This document shows positions 1-9,139 of a DNA stretch of 64,000 bases, piece after piece. Numbering within the stretch: the stretch's first letter is position 1; every line of letters starts with the position of its first letter. Below the pieces are notes generated by a model that saw only the letters and a list, made by a program, of their open reading frames with translations, ran no database searches and had not been told where the DNA came from. The stretch is from positions 64,001 through 128,000 of the forward strand of contig CAVTDB010000026.1 of NCBI GenBank assembly GCA_963733375.1, written 5' to 3'. Made by a program: the position numbers and the translations under genes. Source of the DNA: Nitrospirota bacterium (lineage in GTDB: Bacteria > Nitrospirota > JACRHJ01).

Positions 1-5
1 TCGGC

Positions 6-908
6 ATGGCGGCAATTGTCCTTGAACTCGCCGTCAGGAAGGCCCCGGTCCGGGCATTGACTGGCGCTATAATCGGCCTCGCCCTGGGCATCATATTCGC
101 GGCGCTTGTATGCGTGCCTATAAAGAATCTGCCGATCTCGCCCGAAGTCGGGGGGATAACCAGGTTCTTCATATACGCCGTGCTGGGCTACTTCGGCCTG
201 GTGTTCGGCGCCAGGAAGGGTATAGAATTTGATTTCAAGAGGACCATCAGCGTGTTCAAGGAATCGCAGGAGGCTGGTAATATCAAGATCCTGGACACCA
301 GCGTCATAATCGACGGAAGGATAGCGGACATCTGCGAGACCGGCTTCCTTGAAGGCGTTTTTATGATACCCCAGTTCATCCTCCACGAGCTCCAGCACAT
401 AGCCGACTCATCCGATCCCTTGAAAAGGGCCAGGGGCAGGAGAGGGCTGGACATCCTGCACCGCGTTCAGAAAACAGCGGGTCTGGACGTGCGGGTGGTG
501 GAGGACGATTTCCCGAAGATACGGGAGGTGGACGCAAAGCTGGTGGCGCTTGCCAAGGTTAAAAACGCCAAGGTCATCACCAACGATTTTAACCTTAACA
601 AAGTCGCGGAGTTGCAGGGCGTAACCGTACTGAACATCAATGAGCTGTCTAACGCGGTCAAGCCCGTGGTCCTCCCCGGCGAACTTATGAGGGTGTTCGT
701 CCTCAAGGAGGGCAAGGAGTTCGGTCAGGGCGTCGGTTACCTGGACGACGGCACGATGATCGTAGTGGAAAACGGCAGGAAGCACATCGGGAAGACCGTG
801 GACGTGGCGGTCACCTCCGTCCTGCAGACTACCGCAGGCCGAATGATATTCACGAAGCTCAAAGAGGATTCCGAAAAAGAGGAGTATCAGGTTGCCAGCG
901 CGAGCTGA
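6..908 (+). CDS. PIN/TRAM-domain membrane protein (YacL family); may begin before the window
   Basis: N-terminal TM helices, PIN motif ILDTSVIIDGRI, TNDFNLNKVA, C-terminal TRAM-like GVGYLDDGTMIVV; typical position upstream of ispD. Confidence 0.9.
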   Translation: MAAIVLELAVRKAPVRALTGAIIGLALGIIFAALVCVPIKNLPISPEVGGITRFFIYAVLGYFGLVFGARKGIEFDFKRTISVFKESQEAGNIKILDTSVIIDGRIADICETGFLEGVFMIPQFILHELQHIADSSDPLKRARGRRGLDILHRVQKTAGLDVRVVEDDFPKIREVDAKLVALAKVKNAKVITNDFNLNKVAELQGVTVLNINELSNAVKPVVLPGELMRVFVLKEGKEFGQGVGYLDDGTMIVVENGRKHIGKTVDVAVTSVLQTTAGRMIFTKLKEDSEKEEYQVASAS

Positions 909-1665
909 TTCGTCGAAGCCGCCAGAATCGAAGATAACGAAGGTTACGGTGCTTGTTCCGGCGGCGGGTTCGGGGAGCCGGATGGGTGGCCGTGTCAAAA
1001 AGCAGTTCCTGCTGCTGGACGGGATGCCTGTTCTCGCGCATACGCTGAAGCGTTTCGACGAGATGCCGGAGGTGTTTGAGATAATCCCCATCGTCCCCGA
1101 AGCGGAGTTGGAAGACTGTCTTCTGAAGTGCGTGGAGAGCCAGGGACTGAAAAAAGTAAGGCGGGTAGTCCCCGGCGGAGAGATGCGGCAGGACTCGGTC
1201 TATAACGGACTGAAGGCCATCGAGCCCCCCTGCGGCTGCGTAATGGTTCACGACGGCGTCCGCCCGTTCGTGACACGCGAGCTGATATCAGCCCTTTTAT
1301 CGGCCCTTGAAGGCTGCGACGGAGCAGTCCTGGGCGTCCCCTCCAAGGATACCTTAAAGGAGGTCGGCCCCGACAACCTCGTCCGGAAGACTCTGGACAG
1401 GAGGCTGTGCTGGCTGGTTCAGACCCCCCAGGTGTTCTCGTACCGGGTGCTCGCGGACGTTTTCCGGAAGGCGTACGCGGAAGGATATTACGGGACCGAC
1501 GAAGCCTCACTGGTGGAGAGGTACGGCGGCTCCGTGAAGGTTGTGGCAGGCTCTTACGCCAACATCAAGATAACTACTCCCGAGGACATGGTCCTGGCAG
1601 AGGCCCTTCTTATGAAGGAGGCGGGGGAGAAGGTGAAGGCTGGGAAGGCGGCCTGCAGGACATGA
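892..1665 (+). CDS. ispD: 2-C-methyl-D-erythritol 4-phosphate cytidylyltransferase
   Basis: [40 protein letters not shown] motifs. Confidence 0.95.
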   Translation: MPARADSSKPPESKITKVTVLVPAAGSGSRMGGRVKKQFLLLDGMPVLAHTLKRFDEMPEVFEIIPIVPEAELEDCLLKCVESQGLKKVRRVVPGGEMRQDSVYNGLKAIEPPCGCVMVHDGVRPFVTRELISALLSALEGCDGAVLGVPSKDTLKEVGPDNLVRKTLDRRLCWLVQTPQVFSYRVLADVFRKAYAEGYYGTDEASLVERYGGSVKVVAGSYANIKITTPEDMVLAEALLMKEAGEKVKAGKAACRT

Positions 1666-2138
1666 GGGTCGGGAACGGGTACGATGTCCATAAGCTAGCC
1701 GAAGGCAGGAAGCTGATATTAGGGGGCGTTGATATCCCCTACGGCAAAGGTCTTCTGGGCCATTCCGATGCGGACGTCCTGATTCATGCGGTAATGGACG
1801 CGCTTCTGGGGGCCGCGGGCCTGCCCGATATCGGAACCCACTTCCCGGATACCGACCCCGCTTACAAAGGGATTTCGAGCAGAGAACTGCTGAGGGCAAC
1901 GGCAAAAATGCTCGAGGAAAAAAATTTTAAAGTCAACAACATTGATTCCATAATCGTCGCGCAGGCTCCGAAGCTGGCCCCGCATATACCCGCCATGAGG
2001 GTAAACCTGGCTTTCGACCTGCAAATAACCGGCGACAGGGTGAATATAAAGGCCACCACCACCGAGGGCCTTGGACCGGAAGGCAGGGGCGAAGGCATCG
2101 CCTCCTATGCGGTCTGCACCCTGAAGGAATCGGAATAA
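1662..2138 (+). CDS. ispF: 2-C-methyl-D-erythritol 2,4-cyclodiphosphate synthase
   Basis: [30 protein letters not shown]; ATGA overlap with ispD stop. Confidence 0.95.
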   Translation: MRVGNGYDVHKLAEGRKLILGGVDIPYGKGLLGHSDADVLIHAVMDALLGAAGLPDIGTHFPDTDPAYKGISSRELLRATAKMLEEKNFKVNNIDSIIVAQAPKLAPHIPAMRVNLAFDLQITGDRVNIKATTTEGLGPEGRGEGIASYAVCTLKESE

Positions 2139-2153
2139 ACGAGGGAAAAGGGA

Positions 2154-3272
2154 ATGTTCGATAAAATAAGGGCGGATTTCAGGGCCGTCTTTGAGATGGA
2201 CCCTGCCGCCACGAGCAGGCTTGAAGTAATCTTTACTTACGCAGGCTTCCACGCAATCCTCATGCACCGCATAGCGCACTGGTTTCACAGGATGGGGATG
2301 CCTTTCTTCGCGCGCGCGATATCCCAGGCTACCCGCATCTTCACGGGCATCGAGATCCATCCCGCCGCCAAGATAGGGAAAAGCTTTTTCATAGACCACG
2401 GCATGGGAGTCGTCATCGGCGAGACCACCGAGATCGGCGAGCACGTCGTAATATTCCAGGGCGTGACCTTGGGCGGCACCGGCAAGGAGCGCGGGAAGCG
2501 CCATCCGACATTGGGAGATTATGTAGTCGTCGGGACGGGCGCCAAGGTGCTGGGCGGGATTACGATAGGCGACCACGTAAAAATCGGCGCGAACGCGGTC
2601 GTTCTTAAATCCGTCCCGCCCCATTCCACGGTGGTGGGCGTGCCGGGGAGGGTGGTGCGGGTCCACGGCGAGAAGTTGATGGAAGCCTCCATGCTGGACC
2701 ACGTCCATATGCCCGACCCATTGAATGAAACGCTTGTCCGGATGCAGAAACAGATAAGCCGCCTGGAGCAGAAGCTGGGGGTGCAGGAAGCCCCTGCGCA
2801 GGAGAGGCAGAGGCCTGAAAGGCCAAAGCAGGAGAAGCCGCACCTGGAGAAGAGGCAACAGCCACCGAGGCAGGTCAAGCCTGAAAAACTGTCCAGGATA
2901 CGGGAGGAAGTAGAACAGCTTACCTCCGAGACGGTCCAGGAGAGACAGGCCAGGATGGCCAGGATGGAGCGCGACGAGCGCATGAAGGCGCAGGCCATGA
3001 AAAAACGCGAAACGGCAATACTCCTGCCTCAGGAACCCGTCCCGCAGCCTGGAGGGCAGACGCCTGATGAAGCGTCGCCGGTAAAGAAAAAGAGCCGCCG
3101 CAGAAGACGTCCGAGGAGGCCGGGAGAAGCTCCGAGGATTCAACAGGAGCAGGCGGGGGAGATTGCCGCGGGCGGCGAAGGGGCAAATGTCCCGGCAGCG
3201 CCCGCGCCGCTTTCCATAGTCTCCAAATCCGATACCGCGGATACTAAATGGCCCGAAGGCGGGGAAGGATAA
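2154..3272 (+). CDS. cysE: serine O-acetyltransferase with long charged C-terminal extension
   Basis: DPAA, TGIEIHPAAKIG, FFIDHGMGVVIGET, GGTGKERGKRHPT; SD upstream. Confidence 0.93.
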   Translation: MFDKIRADFRAVFEMDPAATSRLEVIFTYAGFHAILMHRIAHWFHRMGMPFFARAISQATRIFTGIEIHPAAKIGKSFFIDHGMGVVIGETTEIGEHVVIFQGVTLGGTGKERGKRHPTLGDYVVVGTGAKVLGGITIGDHVKIGANAVVLKSVPPHSTVVGVPGRVVRVHGEKLMEASMLDHVHMPDPLNETLVRMQKQISRLEQKLGVQEAPAQERQRPERPKQEKPHLEKRQQPPRQVKPEKLSRIREEVEQLTSETVQERQARMARMERDERMKAQAMKKRETAILLPQEPVPQPGGQTPDEASPVKKKSRRRRRPRRPGEAPRIQQEQAGEIAAGGEGANVPAAPAPLSIVSKSDTADTKWPEGGEG

Positions 3273-4825
3273 TGCTGAAGATTTTCAACACCCTTTCCTC
3301 CCAAAAAGAAGAGTTCGCGCCGCTTTCGGATAATGAGGTCCGGATGTACGCCTGCGGCGTGACCGTGTACGACCACAGCCATTTAGGGCACGCGAGGGGC
3401 GCGGTGGTGTTCGACGTCGTCCGGAAGTACCTGCAGCGCAAGGGGTACAAGGTTAAATATGTCCGCAATTTCACAGACGTGGACGACAAGATAATAAAGA
3501 GGGCGGCGGAGGCGGGGACCACCTGGAAGGAACTCGCGGAGAAATACACCCAGGAATATATAAAGGACATGGCCAAGCTGGGCGTGGACAGGCCGGACAT
3601 CGAGCCGAAGGCCACTGACCACATCCAGGACATTATAGACCTGATAGGCAGGCTCGTCGCCCAGGGACTGGCGTATGAGTCCGGCGGCGACGTTTTTTTC
3701 GCGGTCCGGAAATTCCCAGGCTACGGAAAGCTGTCGAAGAAGACCATAGACGACATGTTGTCGGGCGCGCGGGTTGACATAAACGAGCGCAAAGATGACC
3801 CGCTGGATTTCGTCCTGTGGAAAGCTTCCAAACCGGGCGAACCGGCATGGGATTCTCCGTGGGGAAAAGGCAGGCCCGGCTGGCATATAGAATGCTCCGC
3901 CATGTCGATGAAGTATCTGGGCGAGACCTTCGATATCCACGCGGGAGGGATGGACCTCCAGTTCCCCCATCACGAAAACGAGATAGCGCAGTCCGAGGGA
4001 GCAACCGGGAAACAGTTCGTACGCTACTGGATGCATAACGGCTTCGTGAACGTGAACCGGGAGAAGATGTCCAAGTCTCTCGGTAATTTCTTCACCATAA
4101 AAGAGATACTGGATGCGTACGAGCCGGAGGTAATCCGGTTTTTCCTCCTCTCCACGCACTACAGGAACCCCATCGACTTCTCCGACCAGAGCCTCCAGGA
4201 CAGCAGGGCCGCGCTCGACCGTTACTATACCATGATGGAGGCCCTGGATAAGGCGATAGGTCCGGACTACAAGCCGGGCCCGTACACGGAGGACCAGATG
4301 TCTCCGTCCGCGAAAGCGGTCTGGCATGCCGCGGATGCGTTAATGCAGAAGTTCGACGAGGCGATGGAGGATGATTTTAATGCCGCATCCGCAATAGGCG
4401 CGGTATTCGAGATGGTGCGGGAGATAAACCGGGTCGTTTCGGATGCGGAACTGATAAAAAGCGATCCGCATATAAAAGACGCACTCGTTCAGGCAAGAGA
4501 CGCCCTCGCGGCGGTATCCAGGGTGCTGAACCTGTTCGGCAGAAAACCGGAAGAATGGTTCGGGCGGAGCCTGGATAAAATTCGCATAAAAGAAAGCGGC
4601 GAGAAGCTGGCGGAAATAAGAAATGGCTTGTCGGCATTCGGCGCGGAGCTTGCCCCGGACGGCAGCCTGTCCCCGCAGGTAATTGATATGCTTATCTCCG
4701 AAAGAAATTCCGCCCGGTCCGCCAAGGCGTGGAAAAAAGCGGATGAAATCCGCGATTTACTGGCAAGAATGAACGTAGAGCTTTTGGATTCAATGGAAGG
4801 GACTAAATGGCAGATAAAAGAGTAG
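3272..4825 (+). CDS. cysS: cysteine--tRNA ligase
   Basis: CGVTVYD, HLGH, GRPGWHIECSAM, KMSKS; TAATG overlap with cysE stop. Confidence 0.97.
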   Translation: MLKIFNTLSSQKEEFAPLSDNEVRMYACGVTVYDHSHLGHARGAVVFDVVRKYLQRKGYKVKYVRNFTDVDDKIIKRAAEAGTTWKELAEKYTQEYIKDMAKLGVDRPDIEPKATDHIQDIIDLIGRLVAQGLAYESGGDVFFAVRKFPGYGKLSKKTIDDMLSGARVDINERKDDPLDFVLWKASKPGEPAWDSPWGKGRPGWHIECSAMSMKYLGETFDIHAGGMDLQFPHHENEIAQSEGATGKQFVRYWMHNGFVNVNREKMSKSLGNFFTIKEILDAYEPEVIRFFLLSTHYRNPIDFSDQSLQDSRAALDRYYTMMEALDKAIGPDYKPGPYTEDQMSPSAKAVWHAADALMQKFDEAMEDDFNAASAIGAVFEMVREINRVVSDAELIKSDPHIKDALVQARDALAAVSRVLNLFGRKPEEWFGRSLDKIRIKESGEKLAEIRNGLSAFGAELAPDGSLSPQVIDMLISERNSARSAKAWKKADEIRDLLARMNVELLDSMEGTKWQIKE

Positions 4826-6496
4826 GCGGCGGAGGCCCGGGAAGAAGAACGGGAGACGGTCAGAAAAGAAGCGCAGGGCAAGGCGGTAAGAGGACCGGTG
4901 GCCCTTCCGGGGCTTCAAGGGGCCCTTCCGGGGCTTCGAGGGGAGCTTCCGGGGCTTCGAGGGGAACTTCCGGAGCTTCGAGGGGAACTTCGAGCTGGCG
5001 GCGCGAGGGGGGCGAGTGGGTTCAGGAGGGGCCGGAAGAGGGACTTCGGGAGGCCCAAGACAACCTAATGCCATGAAACGCGGAGGGTATACACCTGCGC
5101 CGGATTTCGCAAAAAAACGCGAGGGAGCCTCTTCAGGCGTACCGCGCTGGTCTGATATCCCCGAACATAAAAGCAAAAGCCGCGGTCCAGACAGAGGGTC
5201 CGTGCCAGAGGGCCGGCTCAGGGTCCGGCCAGGGGTCCAGCCAGAGGCGGCTCGGCCAGCCAGAGGCTCGCGATAGGAGAGAGACGCCCTCCCGGCAAGG
5301 AGAAGCCGCCGCTCCCCGCAAATCAAATTATTCGAGCGCGGGCAGGGGTGACCGTCCGGAATATTCGAGCGCGGGCAGGGGTGACCGTCCAGTCACTCGA
5401 AAGGAAGATTATTCGAGCACGAGCAGGGGCGAACGTCCGGCGTCTCGAAAAGAAGATTATTCAAGCGCGGGCAGGGGCGAACGTCCGGTTTCCCGAAAAG
5501 AGGATTATTCAAAGCCGGCACCGGAAAGACGCGAATTTGCCGCCGCCGGGAAGAGAGATTTTTCTCGTCCTGACAGGCGCGAGGCGCCGGTAAGGACCGT
5601 CAGCGCCCCGTGAGAGAAGAGAGACTTCCGACAGGTTCAAACCCGCCCCGGCTTATGAAAGACCGGTCCGAAGGGCTCCTCAATCCGAGGATTTTACTCA
5701 GGCGCCCCCTAAGAAATTCTCCTCGGAATCTTTTGTCTCCCCGCAGGCGGAGGAAGGGATAGTAGCCGGGATTAACCCGGTCCTGGAACTCCTTCATTCC
5801 GGGGACCGCCCGATAGATATCCTCTTCATAGATAAGGACAAAGGCGGGAGCCAGATTGAGCAGATGCTGGCCATAGCCAGAAAAAAGGGCATCCAGATCC
5901 GGATTGTCCCGAGGGCCGCGCTGGACAAGATGGCTTTTGGAATACGCCATCAGGGCTCCGTGGCGACGGTGCCCCCGAAGGAATACGCGGACCCATACGT
6001 TCTGGCGGAAGTCGCTATAAAAAAAGGGAAAATCCCTCTGCTCGTAATCCTGGACGGCATCGAAGACCCGCACAATCTCGGGGCTATAATACGGACGGCC
6101 GAAGGCGCGGGCGCGGACGGGGTAGTGATTCCGGAACACCGGGCGGCGCATTTAACCGCGACGGTATCCAAGGTCTCGTCTGGCGCGTTGGAGCATATCC
6201 CCGTGGCCAAAGTGCCCAACCTCGCGAATTACCTGGAGTTCCTGAAGGAAAAGGGGTTCTGGACGGTGGGGCTTGCCGGGGATGCGAAGGAAGTTTATAA
6301 CAAGCCGGACCTGACCGTGCCTTTGGCCGTCGTCCTGGGCGGGGAAGAGTCCGGGATCAGGCCGGTAATAAGAAATTCCTGCGACATGCTGGTTTCGCTC
6401 CCGATGCTTGGCAAGGTATCGTCGCTGAATGTCTCGGTGGCGGCTGGAGTTATGCTCTACGAGGTCCTCCGGCAAAGGTCTAAGCCAGGCGGTTAA
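4807..6496 (+). CDS. rlmB: 23S rRNA (Gm2251) methyltransferase with long low-complexity N-terminal extension (frameshifted in the extension)
   Basis: Substrate-binding domain starts ~5755 (EGIVAGINPVLELL); SPOUT motifs LDGIEDPHNLGAIIRTA and SLNVSVAAG; upstream R/G/S/P-rich frames run back to ATG 4807; start uncertain. Confidence 0.85.
4900..4992 (+). repeat. 21-nt tandem repeat, ~4.5 copies (GPSGASR/GTSGASR)
   Basis: ggcccttccggggcttcaagg, ggcccttccggggcttcgagg, ggagcttccggggcttcgagg, ggaacttccggagcttcgagg. Confidence 0.9.
5329..5512 (+). repeat. 33/48-nt coding tandem repeat (YSSAGRG[DE]RP..RKED)
   Basis: tattcgagcgcgggcagggg-like units at 5329, 5362, 5410, 5458, partial at 5506; unit lengths are multiples of 3. 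Confidence 0.88.
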
Positions 6497-6657
6497 ATAA
6501 AAAACCCTTTATGAATTGATGCCGGGACAGCGGAAGTCCGAAAATACGTTTAGGAAAACCGTTATTTTTTAGGCACTTGCAAACATCAAAATGGAGATTT
6601 TACGCCGTCTGAAAATGGGCCAATCAGGCGGCGTAACTTTTTATCGAATAAAGGAAA

Positions 6658-7148
6658 ATTGTTCTCTAACCCCTTAAAAAACGATGCCTCCGAAACCCCC
6701 TTTTTAACCTCAAAAATGGCCCCAAATGCCGCAAAAATGGCATAAAATGATACCGCAGGAAAAACGGCGGATAAGTCATTTATATATGAATAGAGATTAA
6801 TTAACGATAAGTTGCGGCGCGGAACAGGAAGAGTTATTAAGAGTACAAAATGCGGGATTTTAGGCGGCGCCTGATGCACTGTTTAGATACAATTAGAACA
6901 ATGTCAGTGCATAATAGCTAAAATATTTAAATTTGCTGGACCAGCTATCATTGTTTCCGACCCTTTAAAAAAACAATGCCTCCGTAACCCCCATTTTTTA
7001 CCTCAAAAACGCTCCCCAAGGCCCCAAAAACGGCGGGAAATGATACCCAAGAAAAAACGGCGGATAAGTCATTTATATGTGGATAGAGATTAATTGACGA
7101 TAAGTTGCGGCGGTAAACAGGAGAGGTTATTAAGAGCACGAAAAAATG
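6658..7148. repeat. two diverged ~195-bp direct repeats (6658-6852, 6950-7148)
   Basis: Core 6760-6819 vs 7053-7112 matches at 57/60 positions; 5' parts align with more mismatches. Confidence 0.9.
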
Positions 7149-7171
7149 TAGTTATGTGGCCGTAATTTCTA

Positions 7172-7200
7172 TTGACAAATAATCAAATGTAATATATTCT
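7172..7200 (+). promoter_or_regulatory. sigma70-type promoter upstream of the AIPR leader
   Basis: TTGACA (7172-7177), 17-nt spacer, TATTCT (7195-7200). Confidence 0.65.
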
Positions 7201-7292
7201 CTCTCACGACTATTGAGCATTGTCTTGATCAGTCGTTAAAGGTGCATCTAAATTGATCACGGAAAGGAGGTCGGATATGAATATTTAAAGTT

Positions 7293-7324
7293 GCCTTTTG
7301 CCTGGTTAGGTAAAAGGTTTTTTT
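7293..7324 (+). terminator. intrinsic terminator inside the AIPR 5' leader
   Basis: 11-bp stem gccttttgcct/aggtaaaaggt, loop ggtt, followed by a T-run. Confidence 0.65.
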
Positions 7325-7397
7325 ATTTCATAGGCTATTTTTCATTGAAAAAATCAGCCTCAAAAGACACGTTAAAAACGTAAAGGAGAAATAATTC

Positions 7398-8639
7398 ATG
7401 AAGAAAGTTACATTTAAAGTTGAATCATTCCGCAGAATCCCTTGTCCTTTTGAGCGTGAAAAGTCCGCTAAACCCCAAGCCACCTATATAGCAATATGTA
7501 ATGTAAAAAATCTACCGTCGGACATTCCGATGGATACAAATCCTCGCGAACAGAATTTAAGAACCAATGTTGCACTGAGGATTAAAGAAGGATTAATCGA
7601 AAACCGTGATTGCAATTTTCATTTATTAAACAGGGGCTTAGTTATATCAGCCGAAGAAGCTAAATTTAATAATGATAAAAATTTGCTCACCTTGACTTTC
7701 ACCGACAGTGAAACACATGGGGATATAGACGGCGGACATACATATAAAATCATACTCAACAATAGAGATAAACTTGCGAAACTTGAGATTGATCAGTTTG
7801 TCCGTTTGGAAATTTTAACGGGAATAGAGGATTTTTTTGAGGATATAGCAAGTGCAAGAAACACCTCTATGCAAGTCAAAACAAAAAGCATAGCTGAGCT
7901 TGAAGGCAAATTTGACATCATAAAAGATGCCTTAGACAAGGAGCCATTTTTGAAAAGAGTTTCTTTTAAAGAATATGCTCCGGGCGAGATAGATGTCCGA
8001 GAAGTAATTGCAATACTGACAATGTTCAACATAGAAAGATTTAATGGCACGTCACATCCTATAGTCACTTATTCGCAAAAAGAAACGTGCATCAATCATT
8101 ACTTACAATATTATGATAAAAAAGAAGACAACCCGTTTAGAAAACTAAAAAATATTGCACCGGATATTTTCAAACTTTACAACCATATTGAGAAGAAAAT
8201 GCCGGAAGTGTACAAGGAAAAGGAAAAAGACAAAGATATTGTAAGCAGATATGGCAGAATCAAAGGAGTAGCCTTTAGAGAAGGGGACGAGTTTCATCAG
8301 TTGCTTTTCTCTCCAAAGGACGTAAAGATAGCTTATGGAACTCCCAAGGGTTTTATTTATCCTGTAGTAGCTGCCTTCCGAGCGCTAGTTGAAGAAGATG
8401 AGGATACTAAACTCTACAAATGGTTTAACGATAGAAATCCTATTCACTATTTTAATAAATTGGCTAATGATCTTGTTAATACAACCATCGATAGAAGCAG
8501 GACGTTAGGAAATAATCCAAATGCGGTTGGTAAAGACACGGGTCATTGGGCGGCACTGTATGACAAAGTTGCGCATAAAATGCTGGCAGAGAAAAACAAG
8601 CGCCTTGAAGAAATGTTAAAATCTTTAAGGCAAAAGTAA
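7398..8639 (+). CDS. AIPR-family (abortive infection phage resistance, ParB-like fold) protein
   Basis: NPREQN, FHLLNRGLVISA, GDIDGGHT, ARNTSMQVK match the AIPR motif pattern; SD aaggag; AT-rich codon usage. Confidence 0.8.
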   Translation: MKKVTFKVESFRRIPCPFEREKSAKPQATYIAICNVKNLPSDIPMDTNPREQNLRTNVALRIKEGLIENRDCNFHLLNRGLVISAEEAKFNNDKNLLTLTFTDSETHGDIDGGHTYKIILNNRDKLAKLEIDQFVRLEILTGIEDFFEDIASARNTSMQVKTKSIAELEGKFDIIKDALDKEPFLKRVSFKEYAPGEIDVREVIAILTMFNIERFNGTSHPIVTYSQKETCINHYLQYYDKKEDNPFRKLKNIAPDIFKLYNHIEKKMPEVYKEKEKDKDIVSRYGRIKGVAFREGDEFHQLLFSPKDVKIAYGTPKGFIYPVVAAFRALVEEDEDTKLYKWFNDRNPIHYFNKLANDLVNTTIDRSRTLGNNPNAVGKDTGHWAALYDKVAHKMLAEKNKRLEEMLKSLRQK

Positions 8640-8648
8640 TGTATTATC

Positions 8649-8679
8649 GGTGGGGGCCTCAATTAAAGAGGCCCCCGCT
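8649..8679 (+). terminator. hairpin/terminator after AIPR
   Basis: ggtgggggcctc-aattaaa-gaggcccccgct. Confidence 0.6.
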
Positions 8680-8693
8680 ATCTCAATTAATTC

Positions 8694-8722
8694 TTGACTT
8701 CCCCTTGATTTTACCCTAAAAT
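8694..8722 (+). promoter_or_regulatory. sigma70 promoter for tRNA-Thr
   Basis: TTGACT-N17-TAAAAT. Confidence 0.65.
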
Positions 8723-8746
8723 TACAGATTCCGTAAAATCTGCAGC

Positions 8747-8822
8747 GCTGGCGTAGCTCAGTTGGTAGAGCAGCTGATTTGTAATCAGCTGGTCGGAGGT
8801 TCGACTCCTCTCGCCAGCTCCA
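8747..8822 (+). tRNA. tRNA-Thr(UGU)
   Basis: Cloverleaf; anticodon loop tttgtaa; TTCGA T-loop; encoded CCA. Confidence 0.97.
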
Positions 8823-8892
8823 GTTTGAAGTATACCCGAAGGGGCGCTGGGGGGCGGGCGGCGGCTTTTTTAAACCCTTTAAAAATAAAGGG

Positions 8893-8921
8893 TTGACAAA
8901 ATTTCAGCTATAATGTATAAA
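8893..8921 (+). promoter_or_regulatory. sigma70 promoter for tRNA-Tyr/Gly
   Basis: TTGACA-N17-TATAAA followed by GC-rich discriminator gtcgccc. Confidence 0.65.
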
Positions 8922-8950
8922 ATGTCGCCCTGGTAGTCCCGCGGCATCGC

Positions 8951-9037
8951 GGGGAGGTGGCCGAGCGGTTAATGGCAGCAGACTGTAAATCTGCCGGTCT
9001 TGCACCTACGGAGGTTCGAACCCTCCCCTCCCCACCA
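8951..9037 (+). tRNA. tRNA-Tyr(GUA)
   Basis: Acceptor ggggagg/cctcccc, anticodon loop ctgtaaa, long variable arm, CCA. Confidence 0.97.
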
Positions 9038-9050
9038 TTTGCTTTTTTTT

Positions 9051-9126
9051 GCGGGTGTAGCTCAGTTGGTAGAGCGCCAGCCTTCCAAGCTGGGGGTCGC
9101 GGGTTCGAACCCCGTCGCCCGCTCCA
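9051..9126 (+). tRNA. tRNA-Gly(UCC)
   Basis: Anticodon loop cttccaa, CCA end. Confidence 0.97.
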
Positions 9127-9139
9127 TAAACGGAGTTTG

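Noticed and set aside
5329-5512. Repeat-spacer look resembling a CRISPR array
   Set aside because: Units are degenerate, lengths are multiples of 3, the intervening parts resemble each other and encode a peptide repeat; no cas genes in the window.
6586-7139. Two similar minus-strand ORFs (97 and 63 aa)
   Set aside because: Similarity follows from the DNA repeat; starts, lengths and ends differ and no clear SD is present. Small proteins are not fully excluded.
6502-8881. 10-bp direct repeat aaacccttta at 6502 and 8872 as possible att sites
   Set aside because: Short and AT-rich, would enclose the native tRNA-Thr, and no integrase is present.
8903-8931. dif-like string ataa-tgtata-aaatgtc
   Set aside because: The XerD arm is a poor match and the sequence is explained as the -10 region of the tRNA promoter.
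8957-9139. 5' part of ORF 8957-9295
   Set aside because: It overlaps tRNA-Tyr and tRNA-Gly; real coding starts at ATG 9140.
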